DNA of 30,116 bases from Candidatus Sulfobium sp. (GCA_037380845.1 JARRRI010000051.1:1-30116); one strand, 5' to 3'; numbered from the stretch's first letter, positions 1-9,899 are shown. Notes: generated by a model not told the origin, from the letters alone. Numbers and translations: made by a program.

Positions 1-58
1 GCATAACTGCGCGTTCTGCAATATCAGGCTTGAAAATCATTAAATAAGGGAGGACTTT

Positions 59-1288
59 ATGAAGAAGTATGACACGCCGTTGCTTGACGAGTTGGAAAAA
101 GGGCCGTGGCCGAGCTTTGTCACAGAGATCAAAAAGGCCGCGAAAAAGAGCCCTATGGCCAACGACGAGCTGGGACAGCTCGAGTATTCCTTTAAGACAA
201 AACGTGGCTATTGGAAGCATGGGGGTATCGTAGGAGTTCTCGGATACGGCGGTGGAGTTATCGGGAGATACTCCGATCTGCCCGAGCAGTTTCCGGAGGT
301 TGCCCATTTCCATACGGTAAGGCTGAACCAGCCGAGCGGTTTCTTTTACACGACTGATGCGCTCCGCATGATCTGCGACATCTGGGACAAGTATGGAAGC
401 GGGATTACCAACATGCACGGTTCAACAGGCGATATCGTTCTTCTGGGGACGACAACCGATCATCTCGAGACCCTTTTCGCCGAATACTCTTCGCGCGGCT
501 GGGACCTCGGCGGCTCAGGATCCGACCTCAGGACCCCGAGTTGCTGCGTAGGACCAGGCCGCTGCGAGTGGACGAATTACGACACTCTGGATGTCATCAA
601 CAACCTTACCCACGAGTTCCAGGATGAGCTCCACAGGCCTATGTTTGCGTACAAGTTCAAGATCAAGGCCGCCGGTTGTGCATGTGACTGCGTAGCGGCG
701 CTTGCCCGGTCCGACTTCTCCATTATCGGCACCTGGAAGGGTGACATCCTCATCGACCAGGCCGAGGTGGCAAACTATGCCAAAAACGGTATGGACATAA
801 AGGCAAATATCACGGATATGTGTCCGACCAGCTGCATGAGCTATGACGGGAAGGAACTCAAGATAGACAATTCCAACTGCAACAGGTGCATGCACTGCAT
901 ATCCAAGATGACCAAGGCCCTGAGGCCGAGCGGCGAGAGAGGAGCTACCATCTGTATGGGAAGTAAGGCCCCGATCGTTGTCGGCTCTCTGCTTTCATGG
1001 GTTATCGTGCCGTTTATCAAGATCGAACCGCCTTACACTGAACTGAAGGACCTTATCCGGAAGATCTGGGACTGGTGGGACGACAATGCGAAGCCGAGGG
1101 AAAGAGTCGGAGAGGTTATCGAGATGAAAGGCATGAGGTCGTTCCTCGAGGCGATCGGCGTCGAGCCGCAGCCGCAGCAGATCAGAGAGCCCAGAAAAGA
1201 CCCGTTCATGTTCTACACCGAAGAGGACATAGCCGGATTCAAGGCCAAGGAAGCGGATGAGAAAAAGACCGGCGTCTACAAATTCTAA
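59..1288 (+). CDS. dsrA: Dissimilatory sulfite reductase alpha subunit
   Basis: [17 protein letters not shown]-terminus, [20 protein letters not shown], siroheme-[4Fe-4S] motifs CVGPGRC and GCACDC, ferredoxin motif CNRCMHC; GGAGG RBS. Confidence 0.99.
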   Translation: MKKYDTPLLDELEKGPWPSFVTEIKKAAKKSPMANDELGQLEYSFKTKRGYWKHGGIVGVLGYGGGVIGRYSDLPEQFPEVAHFHTVRLNQPSGFFYTTDALRMICDIWDKYGSGITNMHGSTGDIVLLGTTTDHLETLFAEYSSRGWDLGGSGSDLRTPSCCVGPGRCEWTNYDTLDVINNLTHEFQDELHRPMFAYKFKIKAAGCACDCVAALARSDFSIIGTWKGDILIDQAEVANYAKNGMDIKANITDMCPTSCMSYDGKELKIDNSNCNRCMHCISKMTKALRPSGERGATICMGSKAPIVVGSLLSWVIVPFIKIEPPYTELKDLIRKIWDWWDDNAKPRERVGEVIEMKGMRSFLEAIGVEPQPQQIREPRKDPFMFYTEEDIAGFKAKEADEKKTGVYKF

Positions 1289-1324
1289 ATAAATATTATA
1301 TATCTTTCAAGGAGGAGATAGAAG

Positions 1325-2398
1325 ATGGCTTTACCAGAGAGAAAAACAGACATAGGTCCGCCAGATTTTCATCAGTTCATGCCGCCCGTTGTTCAGAAAA
1401 ATTACGGCAAGTGGAAGTATCATGAAGTACTTTCGCACAGCACCATGGTTCATGTGGGCGAAAGCGGCGACAAGCTTTGGACCGTCAGGGTGGCATCGCC
1501 GAGGATCATGGCTACCGACACGATCCGCGAGATATGTGACGTCGCGGAGAAATACTGTGACGGGCATCTTCGCTTCACCACCAGGAACAACGTCGAGTTC
1601 CTTATATCCGATGAGAGCAAGTTAGAGCCGTGCAAGAAAGAACTGGCCGACCGCGGATTTAAAATGGGCGGTATTGGATACGGAATCACAAACGTCGTTC
1701 ATACCCAGGGCTGGGTCCACTGCCACAGTGCGGCCACCGACGCGTCTGGTCTTGTCAAGGCCATGATGGACGAACTCTTTGAATACTTCGAATCCAAGAG
1801 CCTTCCGAATAAAGTCAGGCTTGCGGTTGCCTGTTGCGTGAACATGTGCGGCGCGGTGCATTGCTCCGACATCGCAGTCGTGGCTATCCACACCAAGGTT
1901 CCTGTCATAGATCATGATAAATTCAAGAACATGTGCGAACTGCCGACGGTTATCGGGGCTTGTCCTACACGCGCGATAAGTCCTGATCCGGCCAAGAAGA
2001 GCATCAAGATCAATGCCGACAAGTGCATGTACTGCGGCAACTGTTTTACCGTCTGCCCGCCTATTGACATCAAGGATCCGGAACGCGACGGCGTAGCAAT
2101 CGTGGTAGGTGGAAAGATAAACAGCCTCAGGTCCAACCCCAAGTTCTCGAAACTTGTTATACCTTACATCTCAAATGAGCCGCCGAGATGGCCCAAAGTC
2201 GTTGCGGCGATAAAGCACATCGTTGAGGTCTACGCGGCGAATGCACGGAAGTATGAAAGAATTGGCGAGTGGATCGAAAGGATCGGCTGGGAGCAGTTCT
2301 TCAAGCTCACGGGGATCGATTTCACTTACCAGTGCATCGACGACTTTACCTTTATGAGAGACACCTTGAGGACCGCTTCGACATTCAAGTGGTCGTAA
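1325..2398 (+). CDS. dsrB: Dissimilatory sulfite reductase beta subunit
   Basis: TDIGPP, RFTTRNNVEF, HTQGWVHCH, CCVNMCGAVHCSD, CMYCGNCFTVC, ERIGEWIERIGWE; follows dsrA; GGAGGAG RBS. Confidence 0.99.
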   Translation: MALPERKTDIGPPDFHQFMPPVVQKNYGKWKYHEVLSHSTMVHVGESGDKLWTVRVASPRIMATDTIREICDVAEKYCDGHLRFTTRNNVEFLISDESKLEPCKKELADRGFKMGGIGYGITNVVHTQGWVHCHSAATDASGLVKAMMDELFEYFESKSLPNKVRLAVACCVNMCGAVHCSDIAVVAIHTKVPVIDHDKFKNMCELPTVIGACPTRAISPDPAKKSIKINADKCMYCGNCFTVCPPIDIKDPERDGVAIVVGGKINSLRSNPKFSKLVIPYISNEPPRWPKVVAAIKHIVEVYAANARKYERIGEWIERIGWEQFFKLTGIDFTYQCIDDFTFMRDTLRTASTFKWS

Positions 2399-2405
2399 GA
2401 ATGAC

Positions 2406-2442
2406 TAGGAAGACGGCAGTTGCAATAACTGCTGTCTTCCTA
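2406..2442 (+). terminator. 16-bp stem-loop after dsrB (mRNA stabiliser or partial terminator)
   Basis: TAGGAAGACGGCAGTT-gcaat-AACTGCTGTCTTCCTA, one G-U pair, no U tract. Confidence 0.6.
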
Positions 2443-2491
2443 TAAACTGGTGAGTGGAAATATGTTAATCCAATAGCGGGGGTAAAGTACC

Positions 2492-2740
2492 ATGGAAACA
2501 AGTGAACTGCAGGACAAGATTTTCGCCTTCGTAGAAGCAGCAAAAGGTAAGAAGAAGCTAAAAGAGAAAGACATTATCAAGGGCGTGTCGGCGGCCGAGA
2601 ATTTGCCGGCCGATGAAGTGAAGAAGGCCATGAGGGCCATGATTGACGTGGGAAGGCTTATGTACTCCTATGGCGGCGGTGCAAGCTCTGTCGAAATTCC
2701 CAGCGAAGAATACCTGAGAGAAAAAGGCCTTATAAAATAA
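2492..2740 (+). CDS. dsrD: DsrD, small winged-helix activator of DsrAB
   Basis: 82 aa, Lys-rich (KGKKKLKEKD, EVKKAMRAMIDVGRLMYSYGG), immediately after dsrB. Confidence 0.92.
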   Translation: METSELQDKIFAFVEAAKGKKKLKEKDIIKGVSAAENLPADEVKKAMRAMIDVGRLMYSYGGGASSVEIPSEEYLREKGLIK

Positions 2741-2765
2741 GAGTCGACTTTTATCCGTATCTTGG

Positions 2766-2789
2766 ACGGAGAGGGTTATCCCTCTCCGT
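2766..2789 (+). terminator. Stem-loop after dsrD
   Basis: ACGGAGAGGG-ttat-CCCTCTCCGT perfect 10-bp stem; weak U tract. Confidence 0.6.
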
Positions 2790-2885
2790 GCCTTGTTGAA
2801 TCTGAATCCGGTCCGGCAATTAAACCTTCCTTCACCTTGGTCCTTCCCGGCGCATCGGCTCATAAACGTCGTTACGTGCAGGTGA

Positions 2886-2974
2886 TGTCATTCCCGGAGT
2901 AGTTAAGTAAACAACTGGATTACTACTCGAAGCGGTCGCGCCGACAAAATCGTAGCGACCTGCTGGGAATGGCA
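2886..2974 (+). ncRNA. Candidate three-way-junction structured RNA upstream of dsrN
   Basis: P1 TGTCATTCCCG(2886-2896)/TGGGAATGGCA(2964-2974), P2 GAGTAGT/ACTACTC, P3 GGTCGC/GCGACC; folded by eye. Confidence 0.35.
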
Positions 2975-3152
2975 ATGTAGAATTCCAAAACATACAAAAG
3001 CCGTGTTGTAAATACTCCACTGGAGAAGACGGAAGACCCGTTGGTTCCAATTCTATTCCGGACTATACAAACAGCGTAATGTTGATAATATCCTGTAAGT
3101 CGGTCAGAATAATATCTTGCAGAAATTGCGGTGTCTTTGAGGGAGAATTCTT

Positions 3153-4565
3153 ATGAAAACTTCTTATCCAAGGCTGGTAATAGCCGGCTTGAGGGGCGGG
3201 TCAGGCAAAACGACTGTTTCGCTTGGGCTGACAGCAGCCTGGCGAAAACAAGGCCTGAAGGTTGCGGTGTACAAGAAGGGACCGGACTATATAGATGCCG
3301 GCTGGCTTTCGGCGGCTGCGGGCCTGCCATGCTATAATCTGGACCCTTTCCTGATCGGAAGGGAGAAGTTGATCACTTCCTTCAGGGATCATTTCCGGGA
3401 GGCCGATTGCGCCGTCATAGAGGGAAACCGTGGACTTTACGACGGAATGGACCCGAAAGGCACTTACAGCACGGCTGAGCTTGCTAAGAGCCTCCGGTCT
3501 CCCGTACTCCTGGTAATCGACTGTACGAAGTCCACCAGGACTCTGGCGGCCATGGTCCTTGGTGCGAAGAAATTCGACCGGAGGGTCAGGGTGAGCGGAG
3601 TCGTTTTGAACCGGATAGCGGGCGTAAGGCATGAAAGGGTGGTACGGAGGTCGATAGAGGAATACTGCGGAGTGCCTGTATTCGGGGCCATTCCGAAACT
3701 GAGGACGGATTTTTTGTCCGAGAGACATATGGGGCTGACGCCTTTTCAGGAGCATCCGGAGGTGGAAAAAGCGATTGCCGTCTCGGCGGATACTGCTTTC
3801 AGGTACCTGGATCTGACAGGAATATGGAAATCGGCAAAGACCGCTGTTGGTTTGATCGGAGGCCGTATGACGGGGCGGGATACTAAACCGCACTTCCCTG
3901 ACAGCCCGTCTTTGCCCGATGTGACAGTCGGTATTATAAGGGATTCGGCATTTCAGTTCTATTATCCCGAAAATTTCGAGGAGCTTGAAAAAAGGGGTGC
4001 CAGGCTGCTCGAAATAAGCGCCCTGGCGGAGCGGAAACTGCCCGCCATCGACGCCCTTTACATCGGGGGCGGGTTCCCGGAGACAAATGTGGTGGCACTT
4101 GCACGCAATACCGCTTTCAGAAGGGCGGTGAAAGAGGCGGTAGAGAAAGGGCTGCCCGTGTACGCGGAGTGTGGCGGCTTAATGTATCTCGGGAGCTCCC
4201 TCCGGGTTGACAACAAGTCTTATCCGATGACGGGAATCTTTCCGGTAGCGTTCGGCCTCGAAAAAAGGCCGCAGGCGCACGGCTATACGGTTGTCGAAAT
4301 AAGCAGGCGAAACCCGTTCTATGAGCGGGGCATTGTCCTCAAGGGACATGAGTTCCATTATTCCGCGGTAATCGATTATCGATATACGAAGGGAGTGACT
4401 TTTTCGTTCAGGATGAAGCGGGGAGAGGGCTTGATAAGGGGCAGGGACGGGATATGTTATAAAAATGTCCTTGCCACTTACACCCATCTGCATGCCTATG
4501 GAGCACCGCAATGGGCCGATGGTCTTGTTCAGGCGGCAAGACGTTACAGGGAGGAAAAGCCGTGA
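3153..4565 (+). CDS. dsrN: DsrN, siroheme amidase (cobyrinate a,c-diamide synthase family)
   Basis: P-loop GGSGKTT, KKGPDYID, IEGNRGLYDG, glutamine amidotransferase YAECGG and TYTHLH; located in the dsr cluster. Confidence 0.93.
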   Translation: MKTSYPRLVIAGLRGGSGKTTVSLGLTAAWRKQGLKVAVYKKGPDYIDAGWLSAAAGLPCYNLDPFLIGREKLITSFRDHFREADCAVIEGNRGLYDGMDPKGTYSTAELAKSLRSPVLLVIDCTKSTRTLAAMVLGAKKFDRRVRVSGVVLNRIAGVRHERVVRRSIEEYCGVPVFGAIPKLRTDFLSERHMGLTPFQEHPEVEKAIAVSADTAFRYLDLTGIWKSAKTAVGLIGGRMTGRDTKPHFPDSPSLPDVTVGIIRDSAFQFYYPENFEELEKRGARLLEISALAERKLPAIDALYIGGGFPETNVVALARNTAFRRAVKEAVEKGLPVYAECGGLMYLGSSLRVDNKSYPMTGIFPVAFGLEKRPQAHGYTVVEISRRNPFYERGIVLKGHEFHYSAVIDYRYTKGVTFSFRMKRGEGLIRGRDGICYKNVLATYTHLHAYGAPQWADGLVQAARRYREEKP

Positions 4566-4566
4566 A

Positions 4567-5232
4567 ATGCTGAAAAGGGAAGAGGTCGTAAGGGCTCTCG
4601 ATAAAAAGGATTACGCGCCTTTGTATGAAGCGGCAAAGGACGGACGCGGCGTCCTGCGCGTCTTGATCTCCCTGACGTACGATAAGCAGTCCGTCATCAG
4701 TTGGAGGGCTGTGGAGGCCCTAGGACTCCTGGCGGGCGAAATGGCCGGCAGAGACCCCGAGGCGGTGCGAAACCTGGCACAGCGGCTCCTCTGGATGATG
4801 CGGGATGAATCGGGCAACAATCCGTGGGGCGTCCCGGAAGTTTTGGGCGAGATAGTGAGGAACAGCTCCAGCCTGCTTTCCGATTTGCCGCCCATAATCG
4901 CGTCCTTTCATGACGAGGAGATGCTGCGACCGGGCGTGCTGAGAGCACTCGAAAGGATAGCCGGCGTCAGACCGGACCTGGTAATGACGTCGATGCCGCT
5001 GGTTGAAATGTATCTGAAAGACGGCAATCCGGACGTGCGCGCTTATGCCGCATTGCTGGGGGGGCGTTTACGTCTTGCGGAACTTCTTCCCGCCGTCGAA
5101 GAGCTGGTAAAGGACGACTCTTCCGTCACCATGTACGAGGGAGGAGACCTGGTGGCGACGACCGTAGGAGAGAAGGCCTCGGAAGTTGTTATACTATTGC
5201 GAAACAAAAAAAGGAAAGAGGACAATGTGTGA
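4567..5232 (+). CDS. HEAT-repeat (PBS-lyase-like, DVU0298-like) protein
   Basis: WRAVEALG, RLLWMMRDESGNNPWGVPEVLGEI, DGNPDVRAYAA helical repeats; start moved to ATG 4567 behind GGAGGA, 1 nt after the dsrN stop. Confidence 0.75.
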   Translation: MLKREEVVRALDKKDYAPLYEAAKDGRGVLRVLISLTYDKQSVISWRAVEALGLLAGEMAGRDPEAVRNLAQRLLWMMRDESGNNPWGVPEVLGEIVRNSSSLLSDLPPIIASFHDEEMLRPGVLRALERIAGVRPDLVMTSMPLVEMYLKDGNPDVRAYAALLGGRLRLAELLPAVEELVKDDSSVTMYEGGDLVATTVGEKASEVVILLRNKKRKEDNV

Positions 5233-5612
5233 TGCTTGAATGCCCTTTTTGCAGAAGGCCGATCGAAGAGCCGCAGGAGATTACTTCCCGCTTTGGTTCT
5301 ACTTTCAGCGGCGGGAAGTGCGACTGCGGCGCGGTATACGTCTATGACGAGTCGGGTCATCACGTGGGCGATGCCTATGTCGACGCACTGGCATTTGCCT
5401 TTAATGATGACCTGGACAAGGCATGGAGCTATACCCCCGGTGAAGATTATGAAATCATAGAGCTGAGTTACGACAAGAGAAGGAACAGGTTTGTTCGGGA
5501 AATCAGCGGTGGACGCGGCCGGACCATCCCCGTTTTCCTGTTTCTGCTGAATAGGAAAGAATCTCACGGAGACAAAGAGGTGTCTGACGTACAGGGAAAA
5601 GAAAATGAATAA
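5232..5612 (+). CDS. Conserved hypothetical protein with CPFC and CDCG motifs (putative metal ribbon)
   Basis: ATG overlaps the upstream TGA (TGATG coupling); CPFC...GKCDCGAVYVYDESGHHVG...AW. Confidence 0.75.
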   Translation: MLECPFCRRPIEEPQEITSRFGSTFSGGKCDCGAVYVYDESGHHVGDAYVDALAFAFNDDLDKAWSYTPGEDYEIIELSYDKRRNRFVREISGGRGRTIPVFLFLLNRKESHGDKEVSDVQGKENE

Positions 5613-5751
5613 AGGATGGTGCCTTTTATAGTTCAAAATAATTCTGGCAGAGGAAAAGCTGACCAAAAACACAGGAAATCTCGGCATTGTATTGTTGGGA
5701 GTCAATCCCTGCAAGAATCAAAAAACCATTTAGAAGAAAGGGGGAAGGAAA

Positions 5752-6087
5752 ATGCCTACAATGGAGTTTCAGGGAAAACAGATTGAAGTCGATGACGACG
5801 GCTATCTCTTGAATCTTGACGACTGGACGAAGGAGCTCGCTGCAGAGCTTGCGAAACAGGACGGACTGGAGCTTACCGACGCTCACTGGGAAGTTATCAA
5901 TTTTCTGAGGGACTATTATCAGCAGTATCAAATCGCCCCGATGATTAAGATCCTGGTAAAGGAAATCGGTAAGGCCATGGGGCCTGAAAAGGGCAATACG
6001 AAATATCTTTATGAGCTTTATCCGGGCGGACCTGCGAAGCAGGCGTGCAGATATGCCGGTCTTCCGAAACCGACAGGTTGCGTTTAG
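5752..6087 (+). CDS. dsrC: DsrC sulfur-carrier protein
   Basis: VDDDGYL, HWEVINFLRDYY, and C-terminal CRYAGLPKPTGCV with both conserved Cys (CX10C). Confidence 0.98.
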   Translation: MPTMEFQGKQIEVDDDGYLLNLDDWTKELAAELAKQDGLELTDAHWEVINFLRDYYQQYQIAPMIKILVKEIGKAMGPEKGNTKYLYELYPGGPAKQACRYAGLPKPTGCV

Positions 6088-6120
6088 TCTTTAAGACGTT
6101 CAGTATCCAGTTTCAACTTC

Positions 6121-6148
6121 CGGCACCCCTGCAACGGGGTGCCGTCTT
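6121..6148 (+). terminator. Stem-loop after dsrC
   Basis: CGGCACCCC-tgcaac-GGGGTGCCG followed by TCTT. Confidence 0.6.
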
Positions 6149-6318
6149 CAAACTGCAGGCCTTTATGGGCAAGGGGAGAAACAACAATTTTCTACTGTGG
6201 GAAATAAGACGATGAAGCAGAGAACAGAACGCTCTTTGGCGGAGAGTCGCCGCTTGCAGCGAATCTGGTTGCAGGGGCGGGCGTTTCCCGATTGCTCAGG
6301 GAGCGGTAAACACCGGAC

Positions 6319-6867
6319 ATGAAGCTTCACGAGCTCCTCTCGCAACAAAAGGCGGCAATAATCAAAAAATGGTTTGACTCGGTACTCAGGACCTATCCGG
6401 AAGACTCTTCACGATTCATGGGAAAGAAGGGCGACCCCTTTACCAACCCGGTGGGTCATACCATACGCCGGGGTCTGGAAGGGGTATTCGACGAACTCCT
6501 CGGTGAACTTGACTACGATAAGGTGTCCCCTTTCCTCGATGAGATTATCCGGGTCAGGGCGGTTCAGGATTTTACCCCTTCCCAGGCGGTTTCTTTCATC
6601 TTTTCATTGAAAAGCCTGATAAGAGAGGAGTTGGCGCGGAATCGGGCCGAAGTTTCCCTGGAAGAGCTGCTGGCATTTGAATCAAAAATCGACAGGCTGG
6701 CCCTCTTTTCCTTCGACATATTTGTCATCTGCAGGGAGAAGCTTTATGAGATAAAAGCAAATGAATTAAAAAATATGACCTTCCGGCTTCTGCAGAGGGT
6801 CAACGCAATGGATGAGGACAAGGGCGGGAATCCCGAATCTTCATCGGGCAACAATGATAACGCGTAA
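6319..6867 (+). CDS. dsrT: DsrT (RsbRD N-terminal-like domain protein)
   Basis: DPFTNPVGHTI, IIRVRAVQDFTPSQAVSFIFSLK, CREKLYEI; directly upstream of dsrM. Confidence 0.92.
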   Translation: MKLHELLSQQKAAIIKKWFDSVLRTYPEDSSRFMGKKGDPFTNPVGHTIRRGLEGVFDELLGELDYDKVSPFLDEIIRVRAVQDFTPSQAVSFIFSLKSLIREELARNRAEVSLEELLAFESKIDRLALFSFDIFVICREKLYEIKANELKNMTFRLLQRVNAMDEDKGGNPESSSGNNDNA

Positions 6868-6885
6868 AACAAAAGAGGTAACTAA

Positions 6886-7887
6886 ATGAAAACCGTGCTT
6901 CCGTTAATTGCAGTGATCATACTGGTTTTGCTTGCCTTTGTGGGAGTGAAGGTGGCTAACTTGCAGTACCTCTTCGGGGTTGTCGTCCCCTATGCGGCCC
7001 TTGCCGTTTTCGTTCTGGGGTTTATCTACAGGATAGTAAAATGGGGGAAGTCGGCCGTTCCGTTTTCAATCCCGACCACTGCGGGTCAGCAGAAATCGCT
7101 TCCCTGGATCAAGCAGAGCAAGCTGGATAATCCATCCACTACTCTGGGCGTCATAGGCAGGATGGCACTGGAGGTGCTGACCTTCCGCTCGCTGTTCAGA
7201 AATACCAGGACGGAGTTAAGGGATGGACCAACAGTCTCCTACGGATCCGAAAAGTTTCTTTGGATGGCCGGACTCGCTTTCCATTGGTCGTTTCTCATCA
7301 TCGTGATACGGCATCTGAGGTTTTTTACCCAGAATGTTCCGGGCGTGGTCAGCGCGGTCGCGAGTCTGGACAGCTTCCTTCAGATGGGGGTTCCGATACT
7401 CTACATAACGGACGTTGTAATTTTACTGGCGATCACCTACCTCTTCCTCAGAAGGGTCTCAATGCCGCTTATCAAATACATCTCTCTCCAGGCCGACTAT
7501 TTCCCTCTGTTTCTGATATTCGGTATCGTGGCTTCGGGAATGATCATGAGGTATTTCACGAAAGTGTATGTAGTAGGGGTTAAGGAATTGGCCATGGGGC
7601 TGGTCAGCTTCAGCCCGGTGAACATGGAGACCATGCAGGGTATCGGCGTGATTTTCTATATCCATCTGTTCCTGATCTGCGTGCTGTTTGCTTACTTCCC
7701 GTTCAGTAAATTGATGCATATGGGGGGCGTCTTCCTCAGTCCGACGCGAAACATGCCGAACGACAGCCGGATGATCAGGCACATCAATCCGTGGAACCAC
7801 CCCGTGCATGTACACACCTATGAAGAATATGAAGACGATTTCAGGGAAAAAATGAAAAAGGCTGGTTTACCAGTCGAAAAGGAGTAG
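6886..7887 (+). CDS. dsrM: DsrM, membrane cytochrome b (NarI-like)
   Basis: Multiple TM helices, FHW...RHLR, IHLFL...YFPFSKLMH heme b ligands, HINPWN tail. Confidence 0.97.
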   Translation: MKTVLPLIAVIILVLLAFVGVKVANLQYLFGVVVPYAALAVFVLGFIYRIVKWGKSAVPFSIPTTAGQQKSLPWIKQSKLDNPSTTLGVIGRMALEVLTFRSLFRNTRTELRDGPTVSYGSEKFLWMAGLAFHWSFLIIVIRHLRFFTQNVPGVVSAVASLDSFLQMGVPILYITDVVILLAITYLFLRRVSMPLIKYISLQADYFPLFLIFGIVASGMIMRYFTKVYVVGVKELAMGLVSFSPVNMETMQGIGVIFYIHLFLICVLFAYFPFSKLMHMGGVFLSPTRNMPNDSRMIRHINPWNHPVHVHTYEEYEDDFREKMKKAGLPVEKE

Positions 7888-7889
7888 CC

Positions 7890-9500
7890 ATGGCAAAAGC
7901 ACCATCACCAGATCAGCTCTCAAAAATAAAATACAGCCCGCCGAGGAAGGATTGGATGGACACGCTGCCGGTGGAATTCAAGCCCGGCATGTTCTGCTGG
8001 GGGGCGAAGGGGAAAAACCTGGAGACTGTGGAATTCCCCAATGCCAGGGACTGGTCACCCGTAGACGAGGACTGGAAGCTTCCGGAGAACTGGAAAGAGA
8101 TCGTGCTGGAGGGCATAAAAGACCGCCTGAGCAAATACCGCTCTTTCCATGTGTTCATGGACATATGTGTAAGGTGCGGCGCATGCGCCGACAAATGTCA
8201 TTTCTTTATCGGCGGCGGCGACCCCAAGAACATGCCTGTCCTCAGGGCTGAACTGTTGAGGTCGATATACAGAAAATATTTCACGCCTTCCGGCAAGATA
8301 TTCGGAAAGAGCGCAGGGGCCAGGGAACTCACCCTCGATGTCCTTAAGGAGATATGGTATTACTACTACCAGTGCACCGAGTGCCGCCGCTGCTCCCTGT
8401 TCTGTCCCTACGGTATCGACCAGGCTGAGATTACCATGATAGGGCGTGAACTCCTGAATCTGCTGGGTCTGAACACCGACTGGATTTCAGGCCCTGTCGC
8501 AAACTGTTACATGAAGGGCAACCACCTCGGTCTTGAGCCCCATGCCATCGTGAGCAATATCGAGTATATGCTCGACGATATCGAGACCATAACGGGGATA
8601 AAGGTCGAGCCCACCTTCAACAGAAAAGGCGCTGAAATACTTTTCGTGACTCCCTCGGGAGACCTCTTCGCCGATCCCGGAACCTTCACCTGCATGGGTT
8701 ACCTGATGCTCTTCCACGAACTGGGACTTGATTACACCTGGAGCACGTATGCCTCGGAGGGCGGAAATTTCGGCTTCTTCACCTCGAACGACATGGCAAA
8801 GAGGCTGAATTCAAAGATATACGCCGAGGCCAGGAGGCTGGGCGTCAAATGGATCCTGGGAGGGGAATGCGGCCACATGTGGAGGGTCGTTCACCAGTAT
8901 CAGGATACCTGGAACGGTCCGGCGGACTTCCTCGAGGTCCCTAAATCACCTATAACCGGTACCGTATTCGACAATGCCCGGTCTACGAAGATGACGCACG
9001 TAGCGGAGTTCACCGCCGACCTGATCAAAAACGGCAAGCTGAAGCTCGATCCCTCCAGAAACGATAATCTGGTCGTCACCTACCATGACTCATGCAATAC
9101 CGCAAGAGGTATGGGCATTATGGAGGAGCCACGCTACATTATCAAGAATGTATGCAACAACTTCCATGAGATGCCTGAAAACACCATCAGGGAGCAGACC
9201 TTCTGCTGCGGGAGCGGCACCGGGCTCAATGCCGGCGAAAATACCGAACTGAGAATGAGAGGCGGGTTTGCGAGGGCCAACGCGGTCAAGCATGTCAAGG
9301 AAAAATACGGGGTGAACATGCTGGCCAATATCTGCGCTATCGACAGGGCCACTCTCACGGCGTCGATGGACTACTGGGTCCCCGGGGTGAGGGTCACCGG
9401 TGTACACGAAATGGTGGCAAACGCATTGATAATGAAGGGCGAAAAGGAGAGAGAAACCGATCTCCGCGGAGATCCCCTTCCGGGAAAGGAGGAGAAATAG
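7890..9500 (+). CDS. dsrK: DsrK, HdrD-like Fe-S subunit
   Basis: CVRCGACADKC, CTECRRCSLFCP, GECGH, YHDSC, FCCGSG CCG domain. Confidence 0.98.
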   Translation: MAKAPSPDQLSKIKYSPPRKDWMDTLPVEFKPGMFCWGAKGKNLETVEFPNARDWSPVDEDWKLPENWKEIVLEGIKDRLSKYRSFHVFMDICVRCGACADKCHFFIGGGDPKNMPVLRAELLRSIYRKYFTPSGKIFGKSAGARELTLDVLKEIWYYYYQCTECRRCSLFCPYGIDQAEITMIGRELLNLLGLNTDWISGPVANCYMKGNHLGLEPHAIVSNIEYMLDDIETITGIKVEPTFNRKGAEILFVTPSGDLFADPGTFTCMGYLMLFHELGLDYTWSTYASEGGNFGFFTSNDMAKRLNSKIYAEARRLGVKWILGGECGHMWRVVHQYQDTWNGPADFLEVPKSPITGTVFDNARSTKMTHVAEFTADLIKNGKLKLDPSRNDNLVVTYHDSCNTARGMGIMEEPRYIIKNVCNNFHEMPENTIREQTFCCGSGTGLNAGENTELRMRGGFARANAVKHVKEKYGVNMLANICAIDRATLTASMDYWVPGVRVTGVHEMVANALIMKGEKERETDLRGDPLPGKEEK

Positions 9501-9899
9501 ATGTATAACGGCGGCAAGATAATGCTGGGACTGCTTATATTTCTGGCTGTTGTGACATTTCCCTTCTGGTATAACCTCGGGACGGCCGATACCATACCGA
9601 AGCCGAAAATCGAAACCCCGTTTATCAAGCAGCACGGGATAAAAAAATGTGTAGAGTCCAAGGATTACATGAGGCGCGAACACATGCAGCTGCTTGATAC
9701 GTGGAGAAACGACGCTGTCCGGAAGGGTGAAAGGATCTACGTGAACTCGGAAGGAAAAAGATACCTTATCGACCTGCAGAATACCTGTCTTAAGTGCCAT
9801 TCCAACAAGAAAGATTTCTGCGACAAGTGCCATAATTACATGGCCGTGAAACCCTATTGCTGGGATTGTCATTTCGCACCGAAGGAGAACAAGTCATGA
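9501..9899 (+). CDS. dsrJ: DsrJ, triheme cytochrome c
   Basis: N-terminal TM, CVES..YMRREHM, three CxxCH motifs (CLKCH, CDKCH, CWDCH). Confidence 0.96.
   Translation: MYNGGKIMLGLLIFLAVVTFPFWYNLGTADTIPKPKIETPFIKQHGIKKCVESKDYMRREHMQLLDTWRNDAVRKGERIYVNSEGKRYLIDLQNTCLKCHSNKKDFCDKCHNYMAVKPYCWDCHFAPKENKS

Noticed and set aside
2832..3050. 72-aa minus-strand ORF in the dsrD-dsrN gap
   Set aside because: TTG start, no RBS, no recognisable motif, antisense to the cluster.
5644..5660. Sigma54-like CTGGCA...GC upstream of dsrC
   Set aside because: GG-N10-GC spacing fits but the TTGC element is missing; too weak.
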